A DNA stretch of 64,000 bases from Octopus sinensis. Its lineage: Eukaryota. Under the pieces are notes generated by a model that saw only the letters and a list, made by a program, of their open reading frames with translations, was not told the DNA's origin and searched no databases. Position 1 is the stretch's first letter; each line of letters opens with the position of its first letter. Location: NCBI RefSeq assembly GCF_006345805.1, contig NC_043009.1, positions 64,728,001-64,792,000 on the forward strand, given 5' to 3'. The position numbers and the translations under genes were made by a program. Positions 38,421 to 51,700 of this stretch are shown one piece after another.

Positions 38421-39880
38421 ATTGATCTATCATGCATATATATATATATATTTACATATATATTGTTTCTGAAAGCAATGAGGGTTGTCATGGTTGGAAA
38501 GCCTTTGATCTTTGATCAGAGGTTTGCTCAAGCAAGGCTGAGTCGAGCTTAAACAACAACAACAAGCCTACTTCACCATTATTCTGAACAGACTCTAATA
38601 TGTGATGAAGGTAGGTCAGAGACACAGGAGTTCACCTGTGATGGAGGTGCATCAAAGACATGGAAGTTAATTTGTGTAGAAGTAGATCAGAGACCAGCAA
38701 GTTAACCTGTGATAGAGGTGTAGGAGTGGCTGTGTGGTAAGTAGCTTGCTTACAAACCACATGGCTCCGAGTTCAGTCCTCACTGTGTGGCACCTTGGGC
38801 AAGTGTCTTCTACTATAGCTTCGGGCTGACCAAAGCCTTGTGAGTGGATTTGGAAGATGGAAACTGAAAGAAGCCCATCGTATATATGTATATGTGTGTG
38901 TGTGTGTGTGTGTTTGTGTATCTATGTTTGTCCCCACCAACATCGCTTGACAACCGATGCTGTAAGTACTAGGCTTACAAAGAATAAGTCCTGGGGTCGA
39001 TTTGCTCGACTAAAGGCGGTGCTCCAGCATGGCCACAGTCAAATGACTGAAACAAGTAAAAGAGAGGCAGCTCAGAGACTTGACTGTAGCATAGAGATAA
39101 AATTCTGATAGAGATGAACTAGAGAACTGGATGAAAGTGAAATTAAATCTGAAAACAAATTAGCCTCAGAGACAAGATGACACAAGACTCAAATGAAAAT
39201 AAACTCTCCTTCGATACATACTAATATTGCTAGCATAAAGAAATTAAAGGCCATTATAATGATGACAACAATAACACCACAAAGCCAACAATGCTAGAGA
39301 AATTAACGACTTGTTGTTGTTTTTGGTGGTGGTTTTGGTAATGGTAGTGGTGGTGTTGATACCCCATCCTATATATATATCTATTTCTTTACTACCCACA
39401 AGGGGCTAAACATAGAGGGGACAAACAAGGACAGACAAAGGGATTAAGTCGATTATATCGACCCCAGTGCGTAACTGGTACTTTATTTATCGACCCCGAA
39501 AGGATGAAAGGCAAAGTCGACCTTGGCGGAATTGAACTCAGACCGTAATGGCGGACGAAATACGGCTCTGCATTTCGCCCGGCGTGCTAACGATTCTGCC
39601 TGCTGGCCGCCCTATATATATATATGTATAACTAACTACATTGTGAATGTTTCAAACATGATTGGTGTTGTTCCATTCAGCTTTCTCAGGGTATTTTGAG
39701 GTGTGCCCAAACACAATATAAAGCTACCATACAAAGGAATGTGCAGGATAATGTCTCAAATATTTCATTCAAAAGAACTGATTGGATACCAAACCCAACC
39801 TGAGACTACTCCTGCTTCTATGACACACAAGTCTGACACATGCAACCATGGAAAAATGAGCATTAAAACGATGATGATGG

Positions 39881-39920
<40 letters not shown>

Positions 39921-40474
39921 AAAATAAAAATTAATACACGGGATTACGGTAGATGATCTATTCTTGTAGAGGTTCTGCAATACTGTATGTTATACATAGC
40001 ATTATTATAAGGTCGTCAATACAACTTGGGCATGAAGGCACATGGCTCAGTGTTTATAGAGCATCAGGCTCACAATCCTGAGGTAGTGAGTTCAACTCCC
40101 GGACCGGGTTGTGTGTTGTGTTCTTGAGCAAGAGGCTTTATTTCATGTTGCTCCAGTTACCTCAGCTATAGAAATGAGTTGTGGTGTCACTGGCGCCAAG
40201 ATGTATCAGCCCCTTTGCCTTTCCCTTGGATAACATTGGTGGGGTGGAGAGGGGGAGACTGGCAGGCATGGGCGACTGCTGGTCTTCCATTAAAAACAAC
40301 CTTGTCCGGCCAGAGGGGAATTTCCTAGGTGCAGTCCCATGGTTACTCATGACCAAAAGGAGGTCTTTTCAATTTGGGTCCCAAAATTAAGTTGTGTTTT
40401 AAATATGGCAGCATATCACCCATGGACTTCTACAGTAATCACATCAAATATGTGTCATATTGATAGTAAATGTA

Positions 40475-41119
40475 CACAGACATGCAGAAAGTAAATAGAC
40501 ACCTTTAATTTTCAAAATTTCTGATCTAAGCGTTTTAATATGTTTTTTTGCAGTGTAGAATTTACAATGTAATTATTCTTTTTCATTCCAGGTGCCATTA
40601 TATTAAACATTTGCAAAGAGAAACCATGCTATGCTCAAAAAAGATTCAGCAGAACTGTCAGATTTTCAAAGAGGTTGTATTGTTGGGCAATCTGAGGCTG
40701 GTCTTAGCCAGCGAAAAATTGCTGAAAATCTTCAAATTCTTCTTGCTACTGTTAATAGAATTATAGTGCAATTCAAAAGCCAAGGAAAAGAATCAACAGA
40801 TATAGATATATATGAAGCATGATTAATTCATGATCAGAGTTGTTCAAAAACCGAGGTTCTACTGTATATATATATTGGTAAAACGGTAAGATAACAAAAT
40901 AAAGAAAGAGACCTCAATATTATGTAAATAGAGGAAATTTATCTATACAATAATATGTTACATTACTCAATAGTCAAGATAAAACTCTGAGTTTCAGATG
41001 CCGAAGTGGAAATCCACGACATCTCTTCGGTTATCTGGCTACAAAGAGATGTCGTGGATTCCCACTTCGGCATCTGAAACTCAGAGTTTTATCTTGACTA
41101 TCAAGTAATGTAACATATT

Positions 41120-41161
<42 letters not shown>

Positions 41162-41361
41162 CAGAGAGAGAAAGAGAGAGAGACAGACAGACAGACAGAT
41201 AGACAGAGACAGAGAGAATTACAAATGTAACTTTAGTCAGAGTAGGTTAGGAATCCTATCAAATTTCAAGATAGTTTCACAATAGAATATAAATGGTTTG
41301 TGGCAAGACATTTCAAGATTTTGAAAATTAAAGGTGTCTATTTACTTCCTGCATGTCTGTG
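40475..41361 (+). mobile_element. Deleted Tc1-like element hosting nested insertions
   Basis: 29-bp TIRs cacagacatgcagaaagtaaatagacacc (1 mismatch) with TA flanks. Transposase N-terminal [39 protein letters not shown] at 40631. Confidence 0.88.
40977..41036 (-). ncRNA. Hammerhead-like motif (CCGAAGA core variant) in a Penelope-type pLTR
   Basis: Minus strand AGATAA-CCGAAGA-GATG...CATC-T-GAAAC-TCAGA-GTT-TTATCT. 6-bp stem I, stem III ACTC-A-GAGT, GUU triplet. Confidence 0.6.
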
Positions 41362-41610
41362 TATACAATATCCAACAGTTTCATATAAAACTATTATTTG
41401 ATTTCAAATTTTGGCACAAGGCCAGCAATTTCAGGAGAGGAGATAAGTCAATCACATCGACCCCAGTGTTCAGCTGGTATTTATTTTATGGAATTTGAAA
41501 AAAAAAGGTCAGTTTAACACAGTATTATAAATTTAAGACTGAGTTCAAATACTGCTGAGGTCAACTTTGTTTTCATTGCCCTGGGCTTAGTAAAATAAAG
41601 TTCCAATCAA

Positions 41611-41673
<63 letters not shown>

Positions 41674-43973
41674 TTCTGTGTGTGTGTGTGTGTGTGTGTT
41701 CTCTGACTCACCAGCTCTTTATCATACTCTCTAACTGCCCTTTCTTTTCCAACTGGGGTACCCATGTATCTACTCTACACCAAGACACCTCGTATACCTG
41801 TCCCTCTATACCTTTAATCCCTCATCAAGTGACACAAAGCCACCTTCACTCAATATTTCTCCCCACCCCTCAGCTGAGAGGTTTTTGTCTCACAAGTTAC
41901 TTGGTGGCTCTGACAATGCTGGTGCCACATAGAAAGCTCCCAGTATTCTCTGTAAAGTGCAGCACAATGTTTTGTCAGCGAACAGGTCATGGTCTCAAAG
42001 CGACAAAAATATTTTGACAAATTAAATTTAAATGTTGAAGTGAATCTAACGGTTTTTGTGTGTTTCTTAAATGGCTTATAAACACCTTCCACGTTGCAAT
42101 TGTTTTCATTCCAGCACACGATCTCAGATCAAGTCACTCGCTATGCAAGTACATCTCCGTAATTCTTCTTAATCTTTTTTTTTTTTTTTTGGTTAGTGAT
42201 GGGGAGATTAAGTATATTTCCAGTTTTCTGTTTTATTTATGAGTAAACACTGTGAAGGCTCATAGCTTAGTGGTAAGGGTATTCAGCTCCAGGTCATGAG
42301 TTCAATCCCTTGTGGCACAATGTGTCCTTGAGCAAGACTCTTTATTTCACTTTGCTCAAATCCACTCAGCAGGCAAAAACGAGCAGGACCCATATTTCAA
42401 AGGGGCCAACCTTGTCACACTCTTTGTTGCACTGAATCTCCCTGAGAACTACGTTAAGGGTACACATGTCTGTGGAGTGCTCAGCCACTTGCATATTAAT
42501 TCTATAAGCAGACTGTTCCAGTGAGCATATCAAGTGGAACTCTCGTCATCAGAACTGACAGGGTGCCAGATACATGTAAACATCATCATAAAATGTCATC
42601 TAAACAAAATGACATTTTACACAAAGCACCCAGGTTTACCTCATAACCCATTTCATATTCTCAATGTTGTTTATATTATTTATATTATTTATTTATATTA
42701 AACAAGTTGAAATCCAGGTGACACGGAATCTACAGTTTTCTTGGTATTTGCTTGAGGTTTTTTTTGTATTTTTTCCTTCTTTTCTTTAGTACTGTACGTG
42801 TCTTTTTGCTGAGCTAATTGAATTTTGATTATTTTTTTTCATAAGTGGCACAGGTGTAGCTGTGTGGTAAGTAGCTTGCTTATGAACCATATGGTTCCGG
42901 GTTCATTCCCACTGCGTGGCACCTTGGGCTACTATAGCCTCGGGCCAACCAAAGATTTGAGAGTGGATTTGGTAGACGGAAACTGAAAGAAGCCCGTTGT
43001 ATATATGTATATGTGTATATATAAATATATATATATATGTATGTGTGTCAGTGTCTGTCCCCACAACATCGCTTGACAACCGATGGTGGTGTGTTTATGT
43101 TCCTGTAACTTAGCAGTTTGGCAAAATAGACCGATAGAATAAGTACTAGACTTTCAAAGAATAAGCCCTGGGGTCGATTTGTTCGACTAAAGGCGGTGCT
43201 CCAGCATGGCCGCAGTCAAATGACTAAAACAAGTAAAAGAGTAAAAGAATAAGCCTTTGGACTCATATGTGCAGGTGTCACTGTGCGGTAAGAAGTTTGC
43301 TTCCCAACCATATGGTTCTAGGTTCAATCCCATTGCATGGCACCCTGGACAAGTGTCTTCTATAGCTAGAGGCCAAGCATAGATTTGTGAGTGGATTTGG
43401 TAGATAGAAACTGAAAGAAGCCCATCGTGTGTATATGCACGTGTGTGTGTGTGTGTCCTACCACCACTTGACAACTGGTATTGATGTCTCTACGTCCCTG
43501 TAACTTAGTGGCTCAACAAAAGAGACTTATAGAATAAGTGCCAGGCTTAAGCAAAATTTTTTAAATAATTGAGTCAATTCATTTGACTAAAATTCTTCAA
43601 AGTGGTGCCCAAGAATGGCCACAGTCTAACACCCGAAACAAGTAAAAAACCAAAAGAACAAGGCTGGAGCTTAGCCCAGTCCATACAGTGTATAAGTGAC
43701 TGAGATTACAGCACTTCCCCTGGATGGGGTGCCAACCCACTGCAGGGTTAACTTCCCTGTTCTTTCTAGAACTCATTCAGAGCTGAGTTGACTGGAGCCA
43801 CAACACACACCACTCAGTCCAAGAATCATAGCCATGGTCTTACAATTATGAATGCAACACCCTAGTCACTCGGTCATATGCTTCCACAAATTTAGATTTA
43901 ATTGTGCAAAAATAGTCTGTTTGAACCTATAGCTGCACGAGGCAAGGCAAGAGCTTATATAGCTTTCCAAGGT

Positions 43974-44473
43974 CAGTGGTTCCCAAACTTTTTTGGGCTG
44001 CCGCTCCCTTGATACCCAGGTCACATTCCTAGTACCTCCACCTCAACCAACCATCACAAGCATAGACTGCTTTCGGAAGAAAATTCAAAGCAACCCCATT
44101 TCACAATGCCGGTGGCACGTAAAAAGCACCAACCAATCGTGGCCATTGCCAGCCTTACCTGGCACATAAAAAGCACCCACTACACTCATGGAAGGGCATC
44201 CAGCTGTAGAAATACTGCCAGATCAGACTGGAGCCTGGTACAGCCTTCTGGCTTCCCAGACCCCGGTTGAACCATCCAACCCATGCTAGCATGGAAAACG
44301 GACGTTAAAAGATGATGATGATGATGATGATGAACTCAACCTAAGGAACCCATTATTTTGTTGTTTTTACATGAATCAGTACCACATTATTGCCCCACTT
44401 TTCTTCAAGGTCCCCTTGAAACTTTCCACCACCGCCACCACAGAGGCAATACCACCCACTTTGGGAACCACTG
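43974..44473. mobile_element. hAT (Charlie-like) MITE interrupted by a SINE at ~44105-44335
   Basis: Termini cagtggttcccaaa and tttgggaaccactg. 8-bp flanks tccaaggt and ttttaggt. Confidence 0.7.
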
Positions 44474-46535
44474 TTTTAGGTGACTGAGAGTACAGGACTT
44501 CACACAGAATGGGAAGTCGATCCATTGCGAAATTAATTTCCAGCTGTCATTGGTATTCATTTCAGCTGAGCAAATTGGCATGAAACATGAAACAGCTGGG
44601 ATTAAGAGTTGAACCAGCAACCTAATAACTGTGAGCCCAACATCTGTTCAATAAGCAATTTTTTTTTTTCCATTTTATCACACACACACTCACAAACATG
44701 ATCATGCACACACGCACACACATACACACACACATAGAGAGAGGAACTACACAGTGAATGTCCTTCTTGATATAAACACAAGGCCTGAAATTTTGAAGGA
44801 GAGGTCTAACCACAGTACTTGACTTGTACTTCAATTTATTGACCCCCAAAAGGATCAAAGATAAAGCTAACCTCAGCAGGATAGAGTGTAATAATCCTGA
44901 AGAAATGCCGCCAAGCATTTTATCGGTTGCGCTAACCATTCTGCCAGTTTGCCATCAACATATTGTTGTTCTTGTGAGTATTAAAGAAGCCATCCTTGTT
45001 ACAATAAGCAGAATTGGTAGAACACTGGACAAAATATCTTGTGGTATTTGACCACATTGCTGCTTTAAATTCTGAGTTCAAATCCCACCCAGGTCATCCG
45101 AGTTGATCGACGAAAATGAGAACAGGAGTTGATGATAATCAGCTATACCGTAGATCAGGTGTTCTCAAACGATGCACAGTAGAACACCAGTGCATCAGTG
45201 TGCAGCAAGCTGTAACTAGCTGCACAGCAAAATTGATAAAATTGCATTTTTAAAACAAAAGTTCCAAATGCAGACTGAAATTTTTAATGTAAAATCCTTT
45301 CTAGGGTCACATTTATTCTATCTTTTACAGGAACAAGGCCTGAAATTGTGGCAGAGGGGGCAGTCAGTTACATTGACCCCCCCCCCAGTGCTCAATGGGT
45401 ACTTATTTTATCAACCCCACAAAAAGATGAAAAGCAAAGTCAACCTCGGCAGAATTTGAACTTAGAATGTAAAACCAGACTAAATGCTGGTAAGCATTTT
45501 GTTTGGCACGTAAATGATTCTGACAGCTTGCTGAATATTAGTACAAGACCAGCAATTCTTTTTTTTAGGGGAAAGCAGGTTGGTCAATAACATTGACCCC
45601 AGTACTGAATTAGTACTTTATTTGTTGTCCCTAAAATGATAAAAGGCAAAGTAGATCTTGACAGGTTTTGAACTCAAGGACATGAAAAGCCACAACAAAT
45701 GCCACAAAGCTATTTCCTTTGACGTGCTAACAATTCTCCTAGCTCACTGCCTTTGAGTCACATTAACACAAAAGAAATAAAGACATCAAAGCGTTAACGA
45801 TGTAACGAGGGTAGGGCTATCTCAAATGTCTAAATATAGAAAACATGTCACCAATAAAACTTGTAAACATCATCAAAAACCCCCAAGCCCATGTGTTGTC
45901 ATTGATAATTATGCTAATTATACTTTATTTATTAAGTAACGAAAAAGTTTGAGTTATTTATATTTTTTGTCTAAAATATACAATAAATCACTTTCTATAA
46001 TAGTTTTTTTTTTCCTAAAAAAGCACCCACTACACTCTCGGAGTGGTTGGCGTTAGGAAGGGCATCCAACTGTATGAACTCTGCCAGATCAAGATTGGAG
46101 CCTGGTGCAGCCATCTGGTTCGCCAGCCCTCAGTCAAACTCGTCCAACCCATGCTAGCATGGAAAGTGGACGTTAAACGATGATGATGATGATTTTATGC
46201 ACAAACTACATCAAAATATTTTTATTTACATTATTTACATTTGACAGATATTTGTCCTCATCTTGTTTAATGTAAATAACATACATAATTCCTCATCTCT
46301 TAAATATAGAACTGTATTATTTTTATTTGTCTTAAAGTGAGCTGCAAGTAAAAAGAAAATCATTCAAGAACAACTGTCCGACAGAATAATGCCCCAGCAT
46401 GGCCATTGTCCATTAATTGAAAGCCATAATTTATGAAAGAAGTGGGTACATATAACCACTGATCAACAATTATCAGGAGCCCCTTCCTAATCAGTGGTTT
46501 ATTGTCACACACATGATATTTGAATGTCACACGAA

Positions 46536-46672
46536 AAACGCCGCCGCCGTGGTGATCTCATTCTTGCTCACAACATCATAAGCGGAAAGTGTAACCTCTC
46601 AAAAGAGCTGTTTTTCACTCCTGCTCTAGAGCGTAGGCTGCGGGGTCACTCCGAAAAGCTCTATCTGCGATG
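46536..46672 (+). mobile_element. Short CR1/L2-type RT C-terminal fragment, a different family
   Basis: RRRRGDLILAHNIISGKCNLSKELFFTPALERRLRGHSEKLYLR matches the RR-x-RGDL...FF...RGH-x-x-KL motif. Confidence 0.7.
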
Positions 46673-47137
46673 ATTTCATCTCAATTTAACATCCACTTTC
46701 CATGCTGGCATGGGTTGGATGGTTTGACAGGAGTTGGCCAGGCCGAAGACTGCACCAGGTTTCTGTGTCTGTTTTGGACTGAGAATGGACTGAGTACTTT
46801 TTACATGGCACCAGCACAGGTGAGGTCAATTTTGGCATGGTTTTTACAGCTGGATGTCCTTGCAAAAACCAACCACTTTACAGAGTGAACTGGATGCTTT
46901 TTATGCGGCACCAGTACAGGCAGGGTCACCAAGTAACTTGCAAGACAAAGATTCTTTGAGGTGGTAGAGGTGGATATTGGAGGAGGTGATCTTGTACCAG
47001 AGGATGAAAGGTTGGTGTGTGACAGGGAGAGAGTAACAGGTGTCTTGCTGAAGAGGAGATACATGGTTACCTAGTCAGAGAGAGAGAGAGAGAGAGAGTG
47101 GTCAAGATTGATAAGTGTGTGTGTGTATGTGTGTGTA

Positions 47138-47178
<41 letters not shown>

Positions 47179-47468
47179 TCATTACAGATATAGGGTGAAA
47201 AATTATTAATTTAATAAAATCAACAAATTTCACCTAGTAGTTTTTCAGTATGGAAAAGAACATATTCGGTAAAAACTTATACAAAAAGTTTTTTTATATA
47301 TAATTATAACAATAAGGGTTTTGCAACAAGTTGCTTGACCACATACCGGAAATTTTAGAAATAGCAGCCAAAAGACTGTTATTTAAGAAATAGAAGTCTT
47401 TTGGGTGCTATTTCTAAAACTTTCGGTATGTGGTCAAGCAACTTGTTCTAAACCCTTATTGTTATAAT

Positions 47469-47555
<87 letters not shown>

Positions 47556-47769
47556 CAGGGGATGACATGTTCAAAAATGTTATGTCCAGCCACTTAACAA
47601 AGAACTCAAAGATAAGTTTGAGAGGGAAAGAATATTTAATTACTAATCGTTAGTCCGGCAAAATGCATGACTGAGTCAAAAGTTTTGCAATATTTTGGTA
47701 ACTTATTTGTTTTATCCTTCAAGTTGCCACAAAAGCAACCTAGCATTCCAAGTAGGGGCCATTGTGTGA

Positions 47770-48500
47770 CACTGTCTGAAGCCACCTTTCTGTCAGTTCT
47801 TTGATTCCATGCTCATACCAGCTCTTGGACTTCGAGGCGAAAAACTCCTTCGCTGAAGCTTCCATCTCCTCTTGGTTAACGAAGAGTCACAAGAGCAGGA
47901 AGTGAGCCATGGATTGGAACAAGTAATAATCCGAGGGAGTTCAGACTACATGCTGGGTGCGGAATCATTTCGATTCCCTCAAATTCCTGGAGTTTACTCT
48001 GGATCGTTTGAGCAGTATGAAGTCTTGCACTGTTTTGCTGCCGAAGAGCTCGCTTTCTGTTTACCAATGCCAGGAAGTATTTTTGCTGCACAATGGCATA
48101 CATCTGCTCCAGCTGTTCCGAGTGCAGGTTGGCATCATTGGTTCAGCCTTCCAGAACAATCTTGCAGGGAATTTTCTCCTCATAATTCCACTGGACACTT
48201 TGTGTTCAAAACACCCATGTTTGACAACAGGTTCCAGAAGCTGTCCCTAGCTTAACCACAGCCTAGGCACATTAGGACTGAGGTAAAAATATCCACTTTC
48301 CATAGCACATTATTATCCTCCGAAAGAACTACAGATCACACAGGCTTTCCAGGAGGTTATGGCAAACATCCACTTGTCTCTCTGCTTGAGTCGAGTTCAG
48401 TCCATGAGGCACCATTCGGCAGCTCCAGATGCTTTTGCCAAAGTCATGAAGGTAAGGAAACACACTGGACTGTGAGATGCTAAGCCTGCTCATGAAATTA
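47770..48500 (-). pseudogene. Mariner transposase remnant
   Basis: MVPHGL (WVPHEL-like), RIIMCYGKWIFY, LVNRKRALRQQNSARLHTA, HPACS..SDYYLFQS and FFASKSKSWYEHGIKELTERW. Confidence 0.85.
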
Positions 48501-49074
48501 GCATGCAAGTAGACGAGCCCTCCACACACACACGCGCGTAACCATCGCAGGGAGATTCAGCATGACCCAGAATATGACAAGGTTGGCCCTTTAAATTACA
48601 GGTACTACTCACTTTTGCCAGGTGAGGGGACTGGAGCAACGAGAAATGATGTATCTTGCTGAAGGGCATTGTGCACCACTGACAACCTTATGATCATTAG
48701 CCGAAAATAAGAAAAAAGGTTAATAAGAAAAAAATGAGTTTGTCTTTCTGTATGAAACGATCGTATAACTACATGAATAAAAAAAAATTGACATCTAATC
48801 TCTTCAGTTATGAAAAATATGGTTGAATTTGTTGAACTTTGTTTAATAAGTTAAATCATAAACTTAATATACTTAATATATATAACGTTTCATATCTTTG
48901 TCATTTTACACCAGTAAATTCAAAGTAAAGTGTGGAGAAGCAACGTTAGACATCTTTTGGAAACATCTCCAAATAAAGGACGAATTCACATTCAACCTTT
49001 TAATATATATATATATTAATTATATCTGTTATATGTATCTATTATCTTTATATATATATATATATATATATATA

Positions 49075-49450
49075 CAGTGGAGGCGCAATGGCCCAATGAG
49101 CAGCAGACTCGTAGTCGTAGGATCGCGGTTTCGATTCCCAGACCACATGTTGTGAGTGCTTATTGAGCGAAAACACCTAATGCTCCACGAGGTTCAGGCG
49201 GGAGGGTGAACCCTGCTGTACTCTTTCACCACAACTTTCTCTCACTCTTTCTTCCTGCTTCTGTTGTACCTGTATTTCAAAAGAGGCCAGCCTTGTCACA
49301 CTCTATGTCATACTGAATCGTCCTGAGAACTACGTTAAGGGTACACGTGTCCGTGGAGTGCTCAGCCACTTGTATGTTAATTTCACATGCTGGCTGTTCT
49401 GTTGATCGGATCAACTGGAACCCTCGTCATCGTAACTGACGAAGTGCCAC
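49075..49450 (+). mobile_element. tRNA-derived SINE (family E). Further copies at ~16340-16700 (-), 33455-33750 (+), 42250-42570 (+) and 53960-54180 (-)
   Basis: Shared ccagccttgtcaca...ctgagaactacgttaagggtacacgtgt..ggagtgctcagccacttg body. Confidence 0.85.
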
Positions 49451-49673
49451 GATGATGATATATATACACATACACACACAAACATATATATATATATAAA
49501 TACATATATACACACACACATATATATATGCATACATACACTCACACACACACATGTATATACGTATACACACATGAATATTCATGATGAATTCCTTTCA
49601 GTTTCCATCTGCCGATTTCATTCACAAGGTTTTAGTCAACAATGTGGCTGCCCTAGTAAAGGACACCAACATA

Positions 49674-49760
<87 letters not shown>

Positions 49761-49925
49761 TTATGTATGTATTGTAGTACCGAAATGTTGAGAATCTTAT
49801 GTATGTTAATTTATGTGAGATAAAAAGGGATTGGATAACTTGAATAGCAGTTTCATTTCCTTAGTCAACAATCACAACAATGTTTGGAAGTATTAAAATC
49901 TAATACACATACATTTATTTATTAA

Positions 49926-50430
49926 TTTACCTTTTTGGTTTTAATTGCTATAACCACCTATATTACAATGTACTTAATATATCTTAACATATTAATATAT
50001 TATTTTAATATCTTATTGCATGTTACTATACACTTTTAGCACTCGCTTTTCAACAGTTTTTTTCTCATGAACAAATGGGAAGCAGACTATCTCTTTTAAC
50101 CCGGAGTATTTGTGGGAACCTCTGATGAGAAACAAGATCACATTGATCAAATTTTCGAAATCACGTGATAAAGTTGTATCAAACTACTTCATTCTGTGAG
50201 TGTATGTTGGGGCTTGCTGCTCACAGTCCTGAATATTTCATGAGGTTAGTGCTTTTGTGTAGCTGTTTGAGTTAAATTTTAGCTCTTGTTTCTAGCAAAT
50301 GTAGGTGCTATTTTGCACTCTCATTTATCAAATTTTACCTTTTTGGTTTTAATTACTATAGCCACCTAGATTATGATGTATTTGATATATGTTAATATAT
50401 TGATATATTATTATAATTTCTTATTGTATG
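49926..50430 (+). repeat. ~408-nt unit plus 97-nt partial second copy, containing the intact hammerhead (retrozyme or pLTR-like)
   Basis: 49926-50022 and 50334-50430 align without gaps (13 mismatches in 97 nt, offset 408). The second copy ends in a TA microsatellite. Confidence 0.8.
50117..50175 (+). ncRNA. Type I hammerhead ribozyme, intact core
   Basis: AACCT-CTGATGA-GAAA caa GATCA cat TGATC aaat TTTC-GAAA-TCACGTGAT-A-AAGTT. Canonical CUGAUGA and GAAA core, G10.1-C11.1 pair, palindromic stem III ATCACGTGAT, AUA cleavage triplet, stem I with 4 of 5 pairs. Confidence 0.8.
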
Positions 50431-50539
50431 ATATGTATATATATATATATGTATGCATGCATGTATAAGATAAACTTACCTGGAAATAGATGTGTAGCAT
50501 TCAGTCAAATAAATTATATATATATATATGTATGTATAT

Positions 50540-50800
50540 ATATATGCATATATGGGTACTGGATGTCACTAACAGTAAACAACACGAAATACAAAAGCAA
50601 GAGTTCAATATGAGAAACAATGAGAAAAAGAAATGGAAAACAAGACAAGCAACATAAAGAATGACCCTTCATTAGTTGTTGGCTGTCTAGCTACTCCTCA
50701 TTTCGAGCATTGAAAAACAATATGAGTCTTCGTAAATAGTTGCTTTTATAAGGACCAAAATAAAACTTGGGATTTATGGGGGGGGGGCAAAGCTGGAAAA
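50540..50800 (-). mobile_element. Probable decayed Penelope-type pLTR fragment
   Basis: Minus strand ...cgaaga...gctcgaaatgaggagtagctag...caactaatgaaggg resembles the other pLTR motifs. Flanked by (TA)n. Confidence 0.3.
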
Positions 50801-51259
50801 AAAACAGAACAGTGGAGACATACAAGGAAACATGCACATATATATATATATATGTATTCTTTTATTCTTTTACTTGTTTCAGTCATTTGACTGCAGCCAA
50901 GTTAGAGCACTGCCTTAAAGGGTCTTAGTCGAAGGAATTGACCCCAAGACTTATTCTTCGTAAGCCTAGCACTTATTCTATCGGTCTCTTTTGAGACAGT
51001 AACTACTAAGTTACGGGGACATAAACACAGCAACATCGGTTGTCAAACGATGCGGGGTGAGGGACAAACACAGACACAAAGATACACAAACATAAATATA
51101 TACAAGAACTTCTTATAGTTTCTGGCTATCAAATCCATTCACAAGGTTTTGGTTGGCCCAAAGCTACAGTAGAAGCCACTTGCTCAAGATGCCATTTAGA
51201 GGGACTGAACCTGGAACCATGTGGTTGGGAAGCAAGAATCTTACCACACAGCTACAGGA

Positions 51260-51700
51260 AAAAACAACAAAGGACAATTAGACATACACAGTGAATGTAT
51301 TAGATTGATCGTCAGTGAAAGATTTAGATGGGAAAATAGAAGTGGAAATGATATTTCAAGCATGGCTCTTCATCGGGAAGAGGAAAAACGTCCAAAGAAG
51401 AAGAAAAGGAGGAAGGAGCAGGTAGTCTAATGAGACAATGTTGATATAGCAAGTGATACCTGTATGTCTACTGATACTTCAGATTTGTATAATGTGTGTG
51501 TTGTCCTGTCTGTTGTATGTTTATGAGATGTGGGTAATGTATTGAAATCATCCGAAACAGCTGGAGCACTTCCACCAGCAGTGTCTACCTCACATCTTGG
51601 GCCTCTGTTGGAAAAACATGAGTGGGGTCGAGGTCCTGGAAAGAAGTTACTGTCCAAGTACAGAGTGAATCATTTTGCAGCACTAGCTCTGATAGGTGGT
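51260..51700 (-). mobile_element. Penelope-type 3' end or pLTR fragment
   Basis: Hammerhead-like motif at 51346-51380 followed by ...cactgacgatcaatctaataca, similar to the tails at 38240-38300 and 53790-53830. Confidence 0.4.
51346..51380 (-). ncRNA. Decayed hammerhead-like motif (CCGATGA core)
   Basis: Minus strand CTTC-CCGATGA-A-GAGC cat GCTT-GAAAT-ATC. The 3' strand of stem I does not pair. Confidence 0.35.
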
